NCBI GenBank assembly: GCA_964016885.1
Contig: CAXHJY010001588.1
Coordinates: forward strand, 1 to 64,000
Length of the DNA: 64,000 nt
Direction: 5' to 3'
Source: Eledone cirrhosa
Taxonomy: Eukaryota
Shown: positions 14,080-27,640 of the stretch, piece by piece
How positions within the stretch are numbered: position 1 is the first letter of the stretch
How the letters are laid out: the number at the start of each line of letters is the position of its first letter
The notes under the pieces: model-generated
Seen by the model: the letters and a program-made list of their open reading frames with translations, nothing else
Told to the model about the DNA's origin: nothing
The model's database searches: none
Translations under genes and position numbers: made by a program

Positions 14080-17000
14080 TAAGCTAAGCTATCCTAAGCT
14101 AAGCTATCCTAAGCTAAGCTATCCTAAGCTATCCTAAGCTAAGCTATCCTAAGCTATCCTAAGCTAACCTAAGCTAAGCTATCCTAAGCTAAGCTAAGCT
14201 AAGCTATCCTAAGCTAAGCTAAGCTAAGCTATCCTAAGCTAAGCTAAGCTAAACTATCCTAAGCTAAGCTAAGCTAAGCTATCCTAAGCTATCCTAAGCT
14301 AAGCTATCCTAAGCTAAGCTAAGCTAAGCTATCCTAAGCTAAGCTAAGCTAAGCTATCCTAAGCTAAGCTAAGCTAAGCTATCCTAAGCTAAGCTATCCT
14401 AAGCTATCCTAAGCTAAGCTAAGCTAAGCTAACCTAAGCTAAGCTATCCTAAGCTAAGCTATCCTAAGCTAAGCTATCCTAAGCTAAGCTAAGCTAAGCT
14501 TTCCTAAGCTAAGCTAAGCTGAGCTATCCTAAGCTAAGCTAAGCTATCCTAAGCTAAGCTAAGCTAAGCTATCCTAAGCTAAGCTAAGCTAAGCTATCCT
14601 AAGCTAAGCTAAGCTAAGCTATCCTAAGCTAAGCTAAGCTATCCTAAGCTAAGCTAAGCTAAGCTATCCTAAGCTAAGCTAAGCTAAGCTATCCTAAGCT
14701 ATCCTAAGCTAAGCTATCCTAAGCTAAGCTATCCTAAGCTATCCTAAGCTAAGCTATCCTAAGCTAAGCTAAGCTATCCTAAGCTAAGCTATCCTAAGCT
14801 AAGCTATCCTAAGCTATCCTAAGCTAAGCTATCCTAAGCTATCCTAAGCTAAGCTATCCTAAGCTATCCTAAGCTAAGCTATCCTAAGCTATCCTAAGCT
14901 AAGCTAAGCTAAGCTATCCTAAGCTAAGCTAAGCTAAGCTAAGCTATCCTAAGCTAAGCTAAGCTAAGCTAAGCTATCCTAAGCTAAGCTAAGCTAAGCT
15001 ATCCTAAGCTATCCTAAGCTAAGCTATCCTAAGCTAAGCTATCCTAAGCTATCCTAAGCTAAGCTATCCTAAGCTATCCTAAGCTAAGCTCTCCTAAGCT
15101 AAGCTATCCAAAGCTAAGCTATCCTAAGCTATCCTAAGCTAAGCTATCCTAAGCTATCCTAAGCTAAGCTAAGCTAAGCTATCCTAAGCTAAGCTAAGCT
15201 AAGCTATCCTAAGCTAAGCTAAGCTAAGCTTTCCTAAGCTATCCTAAGCTAAGCTATTCTAAGCTAAGCTATCCTAAGCTATCCTAAGCTAAGCTATCCT
15301 AAGCTATCCTAAGCTAAGCTATCCTAAGCTATCCTAAGCTAAGCTATCCTAACCTAAGCTATCCTAAGCTATCCTAAGCTAAGCTATCCTAAGCTATCCT
15401 AAGCTAAGCTATCCTAAGCTATCCTAAGCTAAGCTAAGCTAAGCTATCCTAAACTAAGCTAAGCTATCCTAAGCTAAGCTAAGCTAAGCTATCCTAAGCT
15501 AAGCTAAGCTAAGCTAAGCTAAGCTATCCTAAGCTAAGCTAAGCTAAGCTAAGCTATCCTAAGCTAAGCTAAGCTAAGCTAAGCTATCCTAAGCTAAGCT
15601 AAGCTAAGCTAAGCTAAGCTAAGCTATCCTAAGCTAAGCTAAGCTAAGCTATCCTAAGCCAAGCTAAGCTAAGCTATCCTAAGCCAAGCTAAGCTAAGCT
15701 ATCCTAAGCTAAGCTAAGCTAAGCTATCCTAAGCTAAGCTAAGCTAAGCTATCCTAAGCTAAGCTAAGCTAAGCTATCCTAAGCTAAGCTAAGCTAAGCT
15801 ATACTAAGCTAAGCTAAGCTAAGCTATACTAAGCTAAGCTAAGCTAAGCTATCCTAAGCTAAGCTAAGCTAAGCTATCCTAAGCTAAGCTAAGCTAAGCT
15901 ATCCTAAGCTAAGCTAAGCTATCCTAAGCTAAGCTATCCTAAGCTAAGCTAAGCTAAGCTATCCTAAGCTAAGCTAAGCTAAGCTATCCTAAGCTAAGCT
16001 AAGCTATCCTAAGCTAAGCTAAGCTAAGCTATCCTAAGCTAAGCTAAGCTATTTTAAGCTAAGCTAAGCTAAGCTATCCTAAGCTAAGCTAAGCTAAGCT
16101 ATCCTAAGCTAAGCTAAGCTAAACTATCCTAAGCTAAGCTAAGCTATCCTAAGCTAAGCTAAGCTAAGCTAAGCTAAGCTAAGCTAAGCTAAGCTTTCCT
16201 AAGCTATCCTAAGCTAAGCTATCCTAAGCTAAGCTAAGCTAAGCTATCCTAAGCTAAGCTAAGCTATCCTAAGCTAAGCTAAGCTAAGCTATCCTAAGCT
16301 AAGCTATCCTAAGCTATCCTAAGCTAAGCTATCCTAAGCTATCCTAAGCTAAGCTATCATAAGCTAAGCTATTCTAAGCTAAGCTAAGCTAAGCTATCCT
16401 AAGCTAAGCTAAGCTAAGCTATCCTAAGCTAAGCTAAGCTAAGCTATCCTAAGCTAAGCTAAGCTAAGCTATCCTAAGCTAAGCTAAGCTAAGCTATCCT
16501 AAGCTAAGCTAAGCTAAGCTATCCTAAGCTAAGTTAAGCTATCCTAAGCTAAGCTAAGCTAAGCTAAGCTATCCTAAGCTATCCTAAGCTATCCTAAGCT
16601 AAGCTATCCTAAGCTAAGCTATCCTAAGCTAAGCTATCCTAAGCTATCCTAAGCTAAGCTATCCTAAGCTATCCTAAGCTAACCTAAGCTAAGCTATCCT
16701 AAGCTAAGCTAAGCTAAGCTATCCTAAGCTAAGCTAAGCTATCCTAAGCTAAGCTAAGCTAAACTATCCTAAGCTAAGCTAAGCTAAGCTATCCTAAGCT
16801 ATCCTAAGCTAAGCTATCCTAAGCTAAGCTAAGCTAAGCTATCCTAAGCTAAGCTAAGCTAAGCTATCCTAAGCTAAGCTAAGCTATCCTAAGCTAAGCT
16901 ATCCTAAGCTATCCTAAGCTAAGCTAAGCTAAGCTAACCTAAGCTAAGCTATCCTAAGCTAAGCTATCCTAAGCTAAGCTATCCTAAGCTAAGCTAAGCT

Positions 17001-19070
17001 AAGCTTTCCTAAGCTAAGCTAAGCTGAGCTATCCTAAGCTAAGCTAAGCTATCCTAAGCTAAGCTAAGCTAAGCTATCCTAAGCTAAGCTAAGCTAAGCT
17101 ATCCTAAGCTAAGCTAAGCTAAGCTATCCTAAGCTAAGCTAAGCTATCCTAAGCTAAGCTAAGCTAAGCTATCCTAAGCTAAGCTAAGCTAAGCTATCCT
17201 AAGCTATCCTAAGCTAAGCTATCCTAAGCTAAGCTATCCTAAGCTATCCTAAGCTAAGCTATCCTAAGCTAAGCTAAGCTAAGCTATCCTAAGCTAAGCT
17301 ATCCTAAGCTAAGCTATCCTAAGCTATCCTAAGCTAAGCTATCCTAAGCTATCCTAAGCTAAGCTATCCTAAGCTATCCTAAGCTAAGCTATCCTAAGCT
17401 ATCCTAAGCTAAGCTAAGCTATCCTAAGCTAAGCTAAGCTAAGCTAAGCTATCCTAAGCTAAGCTAAGCTAAGCTAAGCTATCCTAAGCTAAGCTAAGCT
17501 AAGCTATCCTAAGCTATCCTAAGCTAAGCTATCCTAAGCTAAGCTATCCTAAGCTATCCTAAGCTAAGCTATCCTAAGCTATCCTAAGCTAAGCTCTCCT
17601 AAGCTAAGCTATCCAAAGCTAAGCTATCCTAAGCTATCCTAAGCTAAGCTATCCTAAGCTATCCTAAGCTAAGCTAAGCTAAGCTATCCTAAGCTAAGCT
17701 AAGCTAAGCTATCCTAAGCTAAGCTAAGCTAAGCTTTCCTAAGCTATCCTAAGCTAAGCTATTCTAAGCTAAGCTATCCTAAGCTATCCTAAGCTAAGCT
17801 ATCCTAAGCTATCCTAAGCTAAGCTATCCTAAGCTATCCTAAGCTAAGCTATCCTAACCTAAGCTATCCTAAGCTATCCTAAGCTAAGCTATCCTAAGCT
17901 ATCCTAAGCTAAGCTATCCTAAGCTATCCTAAGCTAAGCTAAGCTAAGCTATCCTAAACTAAGCTAAGCTATCCTAAGCTAAGCTAAGCTAAGCTATCCT
18001 AAGCTAAGCTAAGCTAAGCTAAGCTAAGCTATCCTAAGCTAAGCTAAGCTAAGCTAAGCTATCCTAAGCTAAGCTAAGCTAAGCTAAGCTATCCTAAGCT
18101 AAGCTAAGCTAAGCTAAGCTAAGCTAAGCTATCCTAAGCTAAGCTAAGCTAAGCTATCCTAAGCCAAGCTAAGCTAAGCTATCCTAAGCCAAGCTAAGCT
18201 AAGCTATCCTAAGCTAAGCTAAGCTAAGCTATCCTAAGCTAAGCTAAGCTAAGCTATCCTAAGCTAAGCTAAGCTAAGCTATCCTAATCTAAGCTAAGCT
18301 AAGCTATCCTAAGCTAAGCTAAGCTAAGCTATACTAAGCTAAGCTAAGCTAAGCTATCCTAAGCTAAGCTAAGCTAAGCTATCCTAAGCTAAGCTAAGCT
18401 AAGCTATCCTAAGCTAAGCTAAGCTATCCTAAGCTAAGCTATCCTAAGCTAAGCTAAGCTAAGCTATCCTAAGCTAAGCTAAGCTAAGCTATCCTAAGCT
18501 AAGCTAAGCTATCCTAAGCTAAGCTAAGCTAAGCTATCCTAAGCTAAGCTAAGCTATCCTAAGCTAAGCTAAGCTAAGCTATCCTAAGCTAAGCTAAGCT
18601 AAGCTATCCTAAGCTAAGCTAAGCTAAACTATCCTAAGCTAAGCTAAGCTATCCTAAGCTAAGCTAAGCTAAGCTAAGCTAAGCTAAGCTAAGCTAAGCT
18701 TTCCTAAGCTATCCTAAGCTAAGCTATCCTAAGCTAAGCTAAGCTAAGCTATCCTAAGCTAAGCTAAGCTATCCTAAGCTAAGCTAAGCTAAGCTATCCT
18801 AAGCTAAGCTATCCTAAGCTATCCTAAGCTAAGCTATCCTAAGCTATCCTAAGCTAAGCTATCCTAAGCTAAGCTATTCTAAGCTAAGCTAAGCTAAGCT
18901 ATCCTAAGCTAAGCTAAGCTATCCTAAGCTAAGCTAAGCTAAGCTATCCTAAGCTAAGCTAAGCTAAGCTATCCTAAGCTAAGCTAAGCTAAGCTATCCT
19001 AAGCTAAGTTAAGCTATCCTAAGCTAAGCTAAGCTAAGCTAAGCTATCCTAAGCTATCCTAAGCTATCCT
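14080..19070 (+). repeat. Tandem duplication of a ~2.5-kb higher-order unit (2 copies)
   Basis: GAGCT 14521/17026, ATCCA 15106/17611, ATACT 15826/18331 and (AAGCT)9-TTCCT 16196/18701 all lie at offset 2505. Confidence 0.9.
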
Positions 19071-19499
19071 AAGCTAACCTAAGCTAAGCTATCCTAAGCT
19101 AAGCTAAGCTAAGCTATCCTAAGCTAAGCTAAGCTAAGCTATCCTAAGCTAAGCTAAGCTATCCTAAGCTAAGCTAAGCTATCCTAAGCTAAGCTAAGCT
19201 AAGCTATCCTAAGCTATCCTAAGCTAAGCTATCCTAAGCTAAGCTAAGCTAAGCTATCCTAAGCTAAGCTAGGCTAAGCTATCCTAAGCTAAGCTAAGCT
19301 AAGCTATCCTAAGCTAAGCTAAGCTATCCTAAGCTAAGCTAAGCTAAGCTATCCTAAGCTAAGCTAAGCTAAGCTATCCTAAGCTATCCTAAGCTAAGCT
19401 ATCCTAAGCTAAGCTAAGCTAAGCTATCCTAAGCTAAGCTAAGCTAAGCTATCCTAAGCTAAGCTAAGCTATCCTAAGCTAAGCTAAGCTAAGCTATCC

Positions 19500-22400
19500 T
19501 AAGCTAAGCTAAGCTAAGCTATCCTAAGCTATCCTAAGCTAAGCTATCCTAAGCTAAGCTATCCTAAGCTATCCTAAGCTAAGCTATCCTAAGCTAAGCT
19601 AAGCTAAGCTATCCTAAGCTAAGCTATCCTAAGCTAAGCTATCCTAAGCTATCCTAAGCTAAGCTATCCTAAGCTATCCTAAGCTAAGCTAAGCTAAGCT
19701 AAGCTAAGCTAAGCTATCCTAAGCTAAGCTAAGCTAAGCTATCCTAAGCTAAGCTAATCTAAGCTATCCTAAGCTATCCTAAGCTAAGCTATCCTAAGCT
19801 AAGCTATCCTAAGCTATCCTAAGCTAAGCTATCCTAAGCTATCCTAAGCTAAGCTATCCTAAGCTAAGCTATCCTAAGCTAAGCTATCCTAAGCTATCCT
19901 AAGCTAAGCTATCCTAAGCTATCCTAAGCTAAGCTAAGCTAAGCTATCCTAAGCTAAGCTAAGCTAAGCTATCCTAAGCTAAGCTAAGCTAAGCTTTCCT
20001 AAGCTATCCTAAGCTAAGCTATCCTAAGCTAAGCTATCCTAAGCTATCCTAAGCTAAGCTATCCTAAGCTATCCTAAGCTAAGCTATCCTAAGCTATCCT
20101 AAGCTAAGCTACCCTAACCTAAGCTATCCTAAGCTATCCTAAGCTAAGCTATCCTAAGCTATCCTAAGCTAAGCTATCCTAAGCTATCCTAAGCTAAGCT
20201 AAGCTAAGCTATCCTAAGCTAAGCTAAGCTTTCCTAAGCTAAGCTAAGCTAAGCTATCCTAAGCTAAGCTAATCTATCCTAAGCTAAGCTAAGCTAAGCT
20301 ATCCTAAGCTAAGCTAAGCTAAGCTATCCTAAGCTAAGCTAAGCTAAGCTATCCTAAGCTAAGCTAAGCTATCCTAAGCTAAGCTAAGCTATCCTAAGCT
20401 AAGCTAAGCTAAGCTATCCTAAGCTAAGCTAAGCTAAGCTATCCTAAGCTAAGCTAAGCTATCCTAAGCTAAGCTAAGCTATCCTAAGCTAAGCTAAGCT
20501 AAGCTATCCTAAGCTAAGCTAAGCTAAGCTATCCTAAGCTAAGCTAAGCTAAGCTATCCTAAGCTATCCTAAGCTATCCTAAGCTAAGCTAAGCTAAGCT
20601 ATCCTAAGCTAAGCTAAGCTAAGCTATCCTAAGCTAAGCTAAGCTAAGCTATCCTAAGCTAAGCTAAGCTATCCTAAGCTAAGCTAAGCTAAGCTATCCT
20701 AAGCTAAGCTAAGCTAAGCTATCCTAAGCTATCCTAAGCTAAGCTATCCTAAGCTAAGCTAAGCTAAGCTATCCTAAGCTAAGCTAAGCTAAGCTATCCT
20801 AAGCTAAGCTAAGCTAAGCTATCCTAAGCTAAGCTAAGCTAAGCTATCCTAAGCTAAGCTATCCTAAGCTATCCTAAGCTAAGCTAAGCTAAGCTAACCC
20901 AAGCTAAGCTATCCTAAGCTAAGCTATCCTAAGCTAAGCTATCCTAAGCTAAGCTAAGCTAAGCTATCCTAAGCTAAGCTAAGCTATCCTAAGCTAAGCT
21001 AAGCTAAGCTGTCCTAAGCTAAGCTAAGCTAAGCTATCCTAAGCTAAGCTAAGCTAAGCTATCCTAAGCTAAGCTAAGCTATCCTAAGCTAAGCTAAGCT
21101 AAGCTATCCTAAGCTAAGCTAAGCTAAGCTATCCTAAGCTAAGCTAAGCTAAGCTATCCTAAGCTATCCTAAGCTATCCTAAGCTAAGCTATCCTAAGCT
21201 AAGCTATCCTAAGCTATCCTAAGCTAAGCTAAGCTAAGCAATCCTAAGCTAAGCTAAGCTATCCTAAGCTAAGCTAAGCTAAGCTATCCTAAGCTAAGCT
21301 AAGCTAAGATATCCTAAGCTATCCTAAGCTAAGCTATCCTAAGCTAAGCTATCCTAAGCTATCCTAAGCTAAGCTATCCTAAGCTATCCTAAGCTAAGCT
21401 ATCCTAAGCTAAGCTATCCTAAGCTATCCTAAGCTATCCTAAGCTAAGCTATCCTAAGCTAAGCTAAGCTAAGCTAAGCTAACCTAAGCTAAGCTATCCT
21501 AAGCTAAGCTAAGCTAAGCTATCCTAAGCTAAGCTAAGCTAAGCTATCCTAAGCTATCCTAAGCTAAGCTATCCTAAGCTAAGCTATCCTAAGCTAAGCT
21601 ATCCTAAGCTATCCTAAGCTAAGCTATCCTAAGCTAAGCTCTCCTAAGGTAAGCTATCCTAAGCTATCCTAAGCTAAGCTATCCTAAGCTATCCTAAGCT
21701 AAGCTAAGCTAAGCTCTCCTAAGCTAAGCTAAGCTAAGCTATCCTAAGCTAAGCTAAGCTAAGCTAAGCTATCCTAAGCTAAGCTAAGCTAAGCTACCTA
21801 AGCTAAGCTAAGCTATCCTAAGCTAAGCTAAGCTATCCTAAGCTAAGCTAAGCTAAGCTCTCCTAAGCTAAGCTAAGCTAAGCTATCCTAAGCTAAGCTA
21901 AGCTTTCCTAAGCTAAGCTAAGCTAAGCTATCCTAAGCTAAGCTAATCTATCCTAAGCTAAGATAAGCTAAGCTATCCTAAGCTAAGCTAAGCTAAGCTA
22001 TCCTAAGCTAAGCTAAGCTAAGCTATCCTAAGCTAAGCTAAGCTAAGCTATCCTAAGCTAAGCTAAGCTAAGCTATCCTAAGCTAAGCTAAGCTATCCTA
22101 AGCTAAGCTAAGCTAAGCTATCCTAAGCTAAGCTAAGCTATCCTAAGCTAAGCTAAGCTAAGCTATCCTAAGCTATCCTAAGCTATCCTAAGCTAAGCTA
22201 AGCTAAGCTATCCTAAGCTAAGCTAAGCTAAGCTATCCTAAGCTAAGCTAAGCTAAGCTATCCTAAGCTAAGCTAAGCTATCCTAAGCTAAGCTAAGCTA
22301 AGCTATCCTAAGCTAAGCTAAGCTAAGCAATCCTAAGCTATCCTAAGCTAAGCTATCCTAAGCTAAGCTAAGCTAAGCTATCCTAAGCTAAGCTAAGCTA

Positions 22401-23200
22401 AGCTATCCTAAGCTAAGCTAAGCTAAGTTATCCTAAGCTAAGCTATCCTAAGCTATCCTAAGCTAAGCTAAGCTAAGCTAACCTAAGCTAAGCTATCCTA
22501 AGCTAAGCTATCCTAAGCTAAGCTATCCTAAGCTAAGCTAAGCTAAGCTATCCTAAGCTAAGCTAAGCTAAGCTATCCTAAGCTAAGCTAAGCTATCCTA
22601 AGCTAAGCTAAGCTAAGCTATCCTAAGCTAAGCTAAGCTAAGCTATCCTAAGCTAAGCTAAGCTATCCTAAGCTAAGCTAAGCTAAGCTATCCTAAGCTA
22701 AGCTAAGCTAATCTATCCTAAGCTATCCTAAGCTAAGCTATCCTAACCTAAGATATCCTAAGCTATCCTAAGCTAAGCTATCCTAAGCTAAGCTAAGCTA
22801 AGCTATCCTAAGCTAAGCTATCCTAAGCTAAGCTATCCTAAGCTATCCTAAGCTAAGCTATCCTAAGCTATCCTAAGCTAAGCTATCCTAAGCTATCCTA
22901 AGCTAAGCTATCCTAAGCTATCCTAAGCTAAGCTAAGCTATCCTAAGCTAAGCTAAGCTAAGCTAAGCTATCCTAAGCTAAGCTAAGCTATCCTAAGCTA
23001 AGCTAAGCTAAGCTATCCTAAGCTATCCTAAGCTAAGCTACCTAAGCTAAGCTATCCTAAGCTATCCTAAGCTAAGCTATCCTAAGCTATCCTAAGCTAA
23101 GCTATCCTAAGCTAAGCTATCCTAAGCTAAGCTATCCTAAGCTATCCTAAGCTAAGCTATCCTAAGCTATCCTAAGCTAAGCTAAGCTAAGCTATCCTAA
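19500..23200 (+). repeat. Direct copy of segment ~3800-7480 (offset ~15.7 kb)
   Basis: AACCC 5189/20896, GTCCT 5304/21011, CTCCT-AAGGT 5939/21641, ACCT 6094/21796, AAGAT 7053/22750 (offsets 15697-15707). Confidence 0.85.
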
Positions 23201-25699
23201 GCTAAGCTAAGCTAAGCTAACCTAAGCTAAGCTATCCTAAGCTAAGCTATCCTAAGCTAAGCTATCCTAAGCTAAGCTAAGCTAAGCTATCCTAAGCTAA
23301 GCTAAGCTAAGCTATCCTAAGCTAAGCTAAGCTATCCTAAGCTAAGCTAAGCTAAGCTGTCCTAAGCTAAGCTAAGCTAAGCTATCCTAAGCTAAGCTAA
23401 GCTAAGCTATCCTAAGCTAAGCTAAGCTATCCTAAGCTAAGCTAAGGTAAGCTATCCTAAGCTAAGCTAAGCTAAGCTATCCTAAGCTAAGCTAAGCTAA
23501 GATATCCTAAGCTATCCTAAGCTATCCTAAGCTAAGCTATCCTAAGCTATCCTAAGCTAAGCTATCCTAAGCTATCCTAAGCTAAGCTAAGCTAAGCTAT
23601 CCTAAGCTAAGCTAAGCTAAGCTATCCTAAGCTAAGCTAATCTAAGCTATCCTAAGCTAAGCTAAGCTAAGCTATCCTAAGCTATCCTAAGCTAAGCTAT
23701 CCTAAGCTAAGCTATCCTAAGCTATCCTAAGCTAAGCTATCCTAAGCTATCCTAAGCTAAGCTATCCTAAGCTAAGCTATCCTAAGCTATCCTAAGCTAA
23801 GCTATCCTAAGCTATCCTAAGCTAAGCTATCCTAAGCTAAGCTAAGCTAAGCTAAGCTAACCTAAGCTAAGCTATCCTAAGCTAAGCTAAGCTAAGCTAT
23901 CCTAAGCTAAGCTAAGCTATCCTAAGCTATCCTAAGCTAAGCTATCCTAAGCTAAGCTATCCTAAGCTAAGCTATCCTAAGCTATCCTAAGCTAAGCTAT
24001 CCTAAGCTAAGCTCTCCTAAGGTAAGCTATCCTAAGCTATCCTAAGCTAAGCTATCCTAAGCTATCCTAAGCTAAGCTAAGCTAAGCTCTCCTAAGCTAA
24101 GCTAAGCTATCCTAAGCTAAGCTAAGCTAAGCTAAGCTAAGCTATCCTAAGCTAAGCTAAGCTAAGCTACCTAAGCTAAGCTAAGCTAAGCTATCCTAAG
24201 CTAAGCTAAGCTAAGCTATCCTAAGCTAAGCTAAGCTAAGCTCTCCTAAGCTAAGCTAAGCTAAGCTATCCTAAGCTAAGCTAAGCTTTCCTAAGCTAAG
24301 CTAAGCTAAGCTATCCTAAGCTAAGCTAATCTATCCTAAGCTAAGCTAAGCTAAGCTATCCTAAGCTAAGCTAAGCTAAGCTATCCTAAGCTAAGCTAAG
24401 CTAAGCTATCCTAAGCTAAGCTAAGCTAAGCTATCCTAAGCTAAGCTAAGCTAAGCTATCCTAAGCTAAGCTAAGCTATCCTAAGCTAAGCTAAGCTAAT
24501 CTATCCTAAGCTAAGCTAAGCTATCCTAAGCTAAGCTAAGCTAAGCTATCCTAAGCTATCCTAAGCTATCCTAAGCTAAGCTAAGCTAAGCTATCCTAAG
24601 CTAAGCTAAGCTAAGCTATCCTAAGCTAAGCTAAGCTAAGCTATCCTAAGCTAAGCTAAGCTATCCTAAGCTAAGCTAAGCTAAGCAATCCTAAGCTATC
24701 CTAAGCTAAGCTATCCTAAGCTAAGTTAAGCTAAGCTATCCTAAGCTAAGCTAAGCTAAGCTATCCTAAGCTAAGCTATCCTAAGCTATCCTAAGCTAAG
24801 CTAAGCTAAGCTAACCTAAGCTAAGCTATCCTAAGCTAAGCTATCCTAAGCTAAGCTATCCTAAGCTAAGCTAAGCTAAGCTATCCTAAGCTAAGCTAAG
24901 CTAAGCTATCCTAAGCTAAGCTAAGCTAAGCTATCCTAAGCTAAGCTAAGCTATCCTAAGCTAAGCTAAGCTAAGCTATCCTAAGCTAAGCTAAGCTAAG
25001 CTATCCTAAGCTAAGCTAAGCTATCCTAAGCTAAGCTAAGCTAAGCTCTCCTAAGCTAAGCTAAGCTAAGCTATCCTAAGCTATCCTAAGCTAAGCTATC
25101 CTAAGCTAAGCTATCCTAAGCTATCCTAAGCTAAGCTATCCTAAGCTAAGCTAAGCTAAGCTATCCTAAGCTAAGCTAAGCTATCCTAAGCTAAGCTAAG
25201 CTAAGCTATCCTAAGCTAAGCTAAGCTAAGCTATCCTAAGCTAAGCTAAGCTAAGCTATCCTAAGCTAAGCTAAGCTATCCTAAGCTAAGCTAAGCTAAG
25301 CTATCCTAAGCTAAGCTAAGCTAAGCTATCCTAAGCTAAGCTAAGCTAAGCTATCCTAAGCTATCCTAAGCTATCCTAAGCTAAGCTAAGCTAAGCTATC
25401 CTAAGCTAAGCTAAGCTAAGCTATCCTAAGCTAAGCTAAGCTAAGCTATCCTAAGCTAAGCTAAGCTATCCTAAGCTAAGCTAAGCTAAGCTATCCTAAG
25501 CTAAGCTAAGCTAAGCTATCCTAAGCTATCCTAAGCTAAGCTATCCTAAGCTAAGCTAAGCTAAGCTATCCTAAGCTAAGCTAAGCTAAGCTATCCTAAG
25601 CTAAGCTAAGCTAAGCTATCCTAAACTAAGCTAAGCTAAGCTATCCTAAGCTAAGCTATCCTAAGCTATTCTAAGCTAAGCTAAGCTAAGCTAACCTAA

Positions 25700-27640
25700 G
25701 TTAAGCTATCCTAAGCTAAGCTATCCTAAGCTAAGCTATCCTAAGCTAAGCTAAGCTAAGCTATCCTAAGCTAAGCTAAGCTAAGCTATCCTAAGCTAAG
25801 CTAAGCTATCCTAAGCTAAGCTAAGCTAAGCTGTCCTAAGCTAAGCTAAGCTAAGCTATCCTAAGCTAAGCTAAGCTAAGCTATCCTAAGCTAAGCTAAG
25901 CTATCCTAAGCTAAGCTAAGCTAAGCTATCCTAAGCTAAGCTAAGCTAAGCTATCCTAAGCTAAGCTAAGCTAAGCTATCCTAAGCCAAGCTAAGCTATC
26001 CTAAGCTAAGCTAAGCTAAGCTGTCCTAAGCTAAGCTATCCTAAGCTATCCTAAGCTATCCTAAGCTAAGCTATCCTAAGCTATCCTAAGCTAAGCTATC
26101 CTAAGCTATCCTAAGCTAAGCTAAGCTAAGCTATCCTAAGCTAAGCTAAGCTAAGCTAAGCTAAGCTATCCTAAGCTAAGCTAAGCTAAGCTATCCTAAG
26201 CTATCCTAAGCTAAGCTATCCTAAGCTAAGCTATCCTAAGCTATCCTAAGCTAAGCTATCCTAAGCTATCCTAAGCTAAGCTATCCTAAGCTAAGCTATC
26301 CTAAGCTATCCTAAGCTAAGCTATCCTAAGCTATCCTAAGCTAAGCTATCCTAAGCTAAGCTAAGCTAAGCTAAGCTAACCTAAGCTAAGCTATCCTAAG
26401 CTAAGCTAAGCTAAGCTATCCTAAGCTAAGCTAAGCTAAGCTATCCTAAGCTATCCTAAGCTAAGCTATCCTAAGCTAAGCTATCCTAAGCTAAGCTATC
26501 CTAAGCTATCCTAAGCTAAGCTATCCTAAGCTAAGCTCTCCTAAGGTAAGCTATCCTAAGCTATCCTAAGCTAAGCTATCCTAAGCTATCCTAAGCTAAG
26601 CTAAGCTAAGCTATCCTAAGCTAAGCTAAGCTAAGCTAAGCTATCCTAAGCTAAGCTAAGCTAAGCTACCTAAGCTAAGCTAAGCTAAGCTATCCTAAGC
26701 TAAGCTATCCTAAGCTAAGCTAAGCTAAGCTATCCTAAGCTAAGCTAAGCTAAGCTATCCTAAGCTAAGCTAAGCTATCCTAAGCTAAGCTAAGCTAAGC
26801 TGTCCTAAGCTAAGCTAAGCTAAGCTATCCTAAGCTAAGCTAAGCTAAGCTATCCTAAGCTAAGCTAAGCTATCCTAAGCTAAGCTAAGCTAAGCTATCC
26901 TAAGCTAAGCTAAGCTAAGCTATCCTAAGCTAAGCTAAGCTAAGCTATCCTAAGCCAAGCTAAGCTATCCTAAGCTAAGCTAAGCTAAGCTGTCCTAAGC
27001 TAAGCTATCCTAAGCTATCCTAAGCTATCCTAAGCTAAGCTATCCTAAGCTATCCTAAGCTAAGCTATCCTAAGCTATCCTAAGCTAAGCTAAGCTAAGC
27101 TATCCTAAGCTAAGCTAAGCTAAGCTAAGCTAAGCTATCCTAAGCTAAGCTAAGCTAAGCTATCCTAAGCTATCCTAAGCTAAGCTATCCTAAGCTAAGC
27201 TATCCTAAGCTATCCTAAGCTAAGCTATCCTAAGCTATCCTAAGCTAAGCTATCCTAAGCTAAGCTATCCTAAGCTATCCTAAGCTAAGCTATCCTAAGC
27301 TATCCTAAGCTAAGCTATCCTAAGCTAAGCTAAGCTAAGCTAAGCTAACCTAAGCTAAGCTATCCTAAGCTAAGCTAAGCTAAGCTATCCTAAGCTAAGC
27401 TAAGCTAAGCTATCCTAAGCTATCCTAAGCTAAGCTATCCTAAGCTAAGCTATCCTAAGCTAAGCTATCCTAAGCTATCCTAAGCTAAGCTATCCTAAGC
27501 TAAGCTCTCCTAAGGTAAGCTATCCTAAGCTATCCTAAGCTAAGCTATCCTAAGCTATCCTAAGCTAAGCTAAGCTAAGCTATCCTAAGCTAAGCTAAGC
27601 TAAGCTAAGCTATCCTAAGCTAAGCTAAGCTAAGCTACCT
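25700..27640 (+). repeat. Second instance of the 969-bp tandem pair
   Basis: GTCCT 25833/26802, CTCCT-AAGGT 26538/27507 and ACCT 26668/27637, all at offset 969. Confidence 0.9.
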
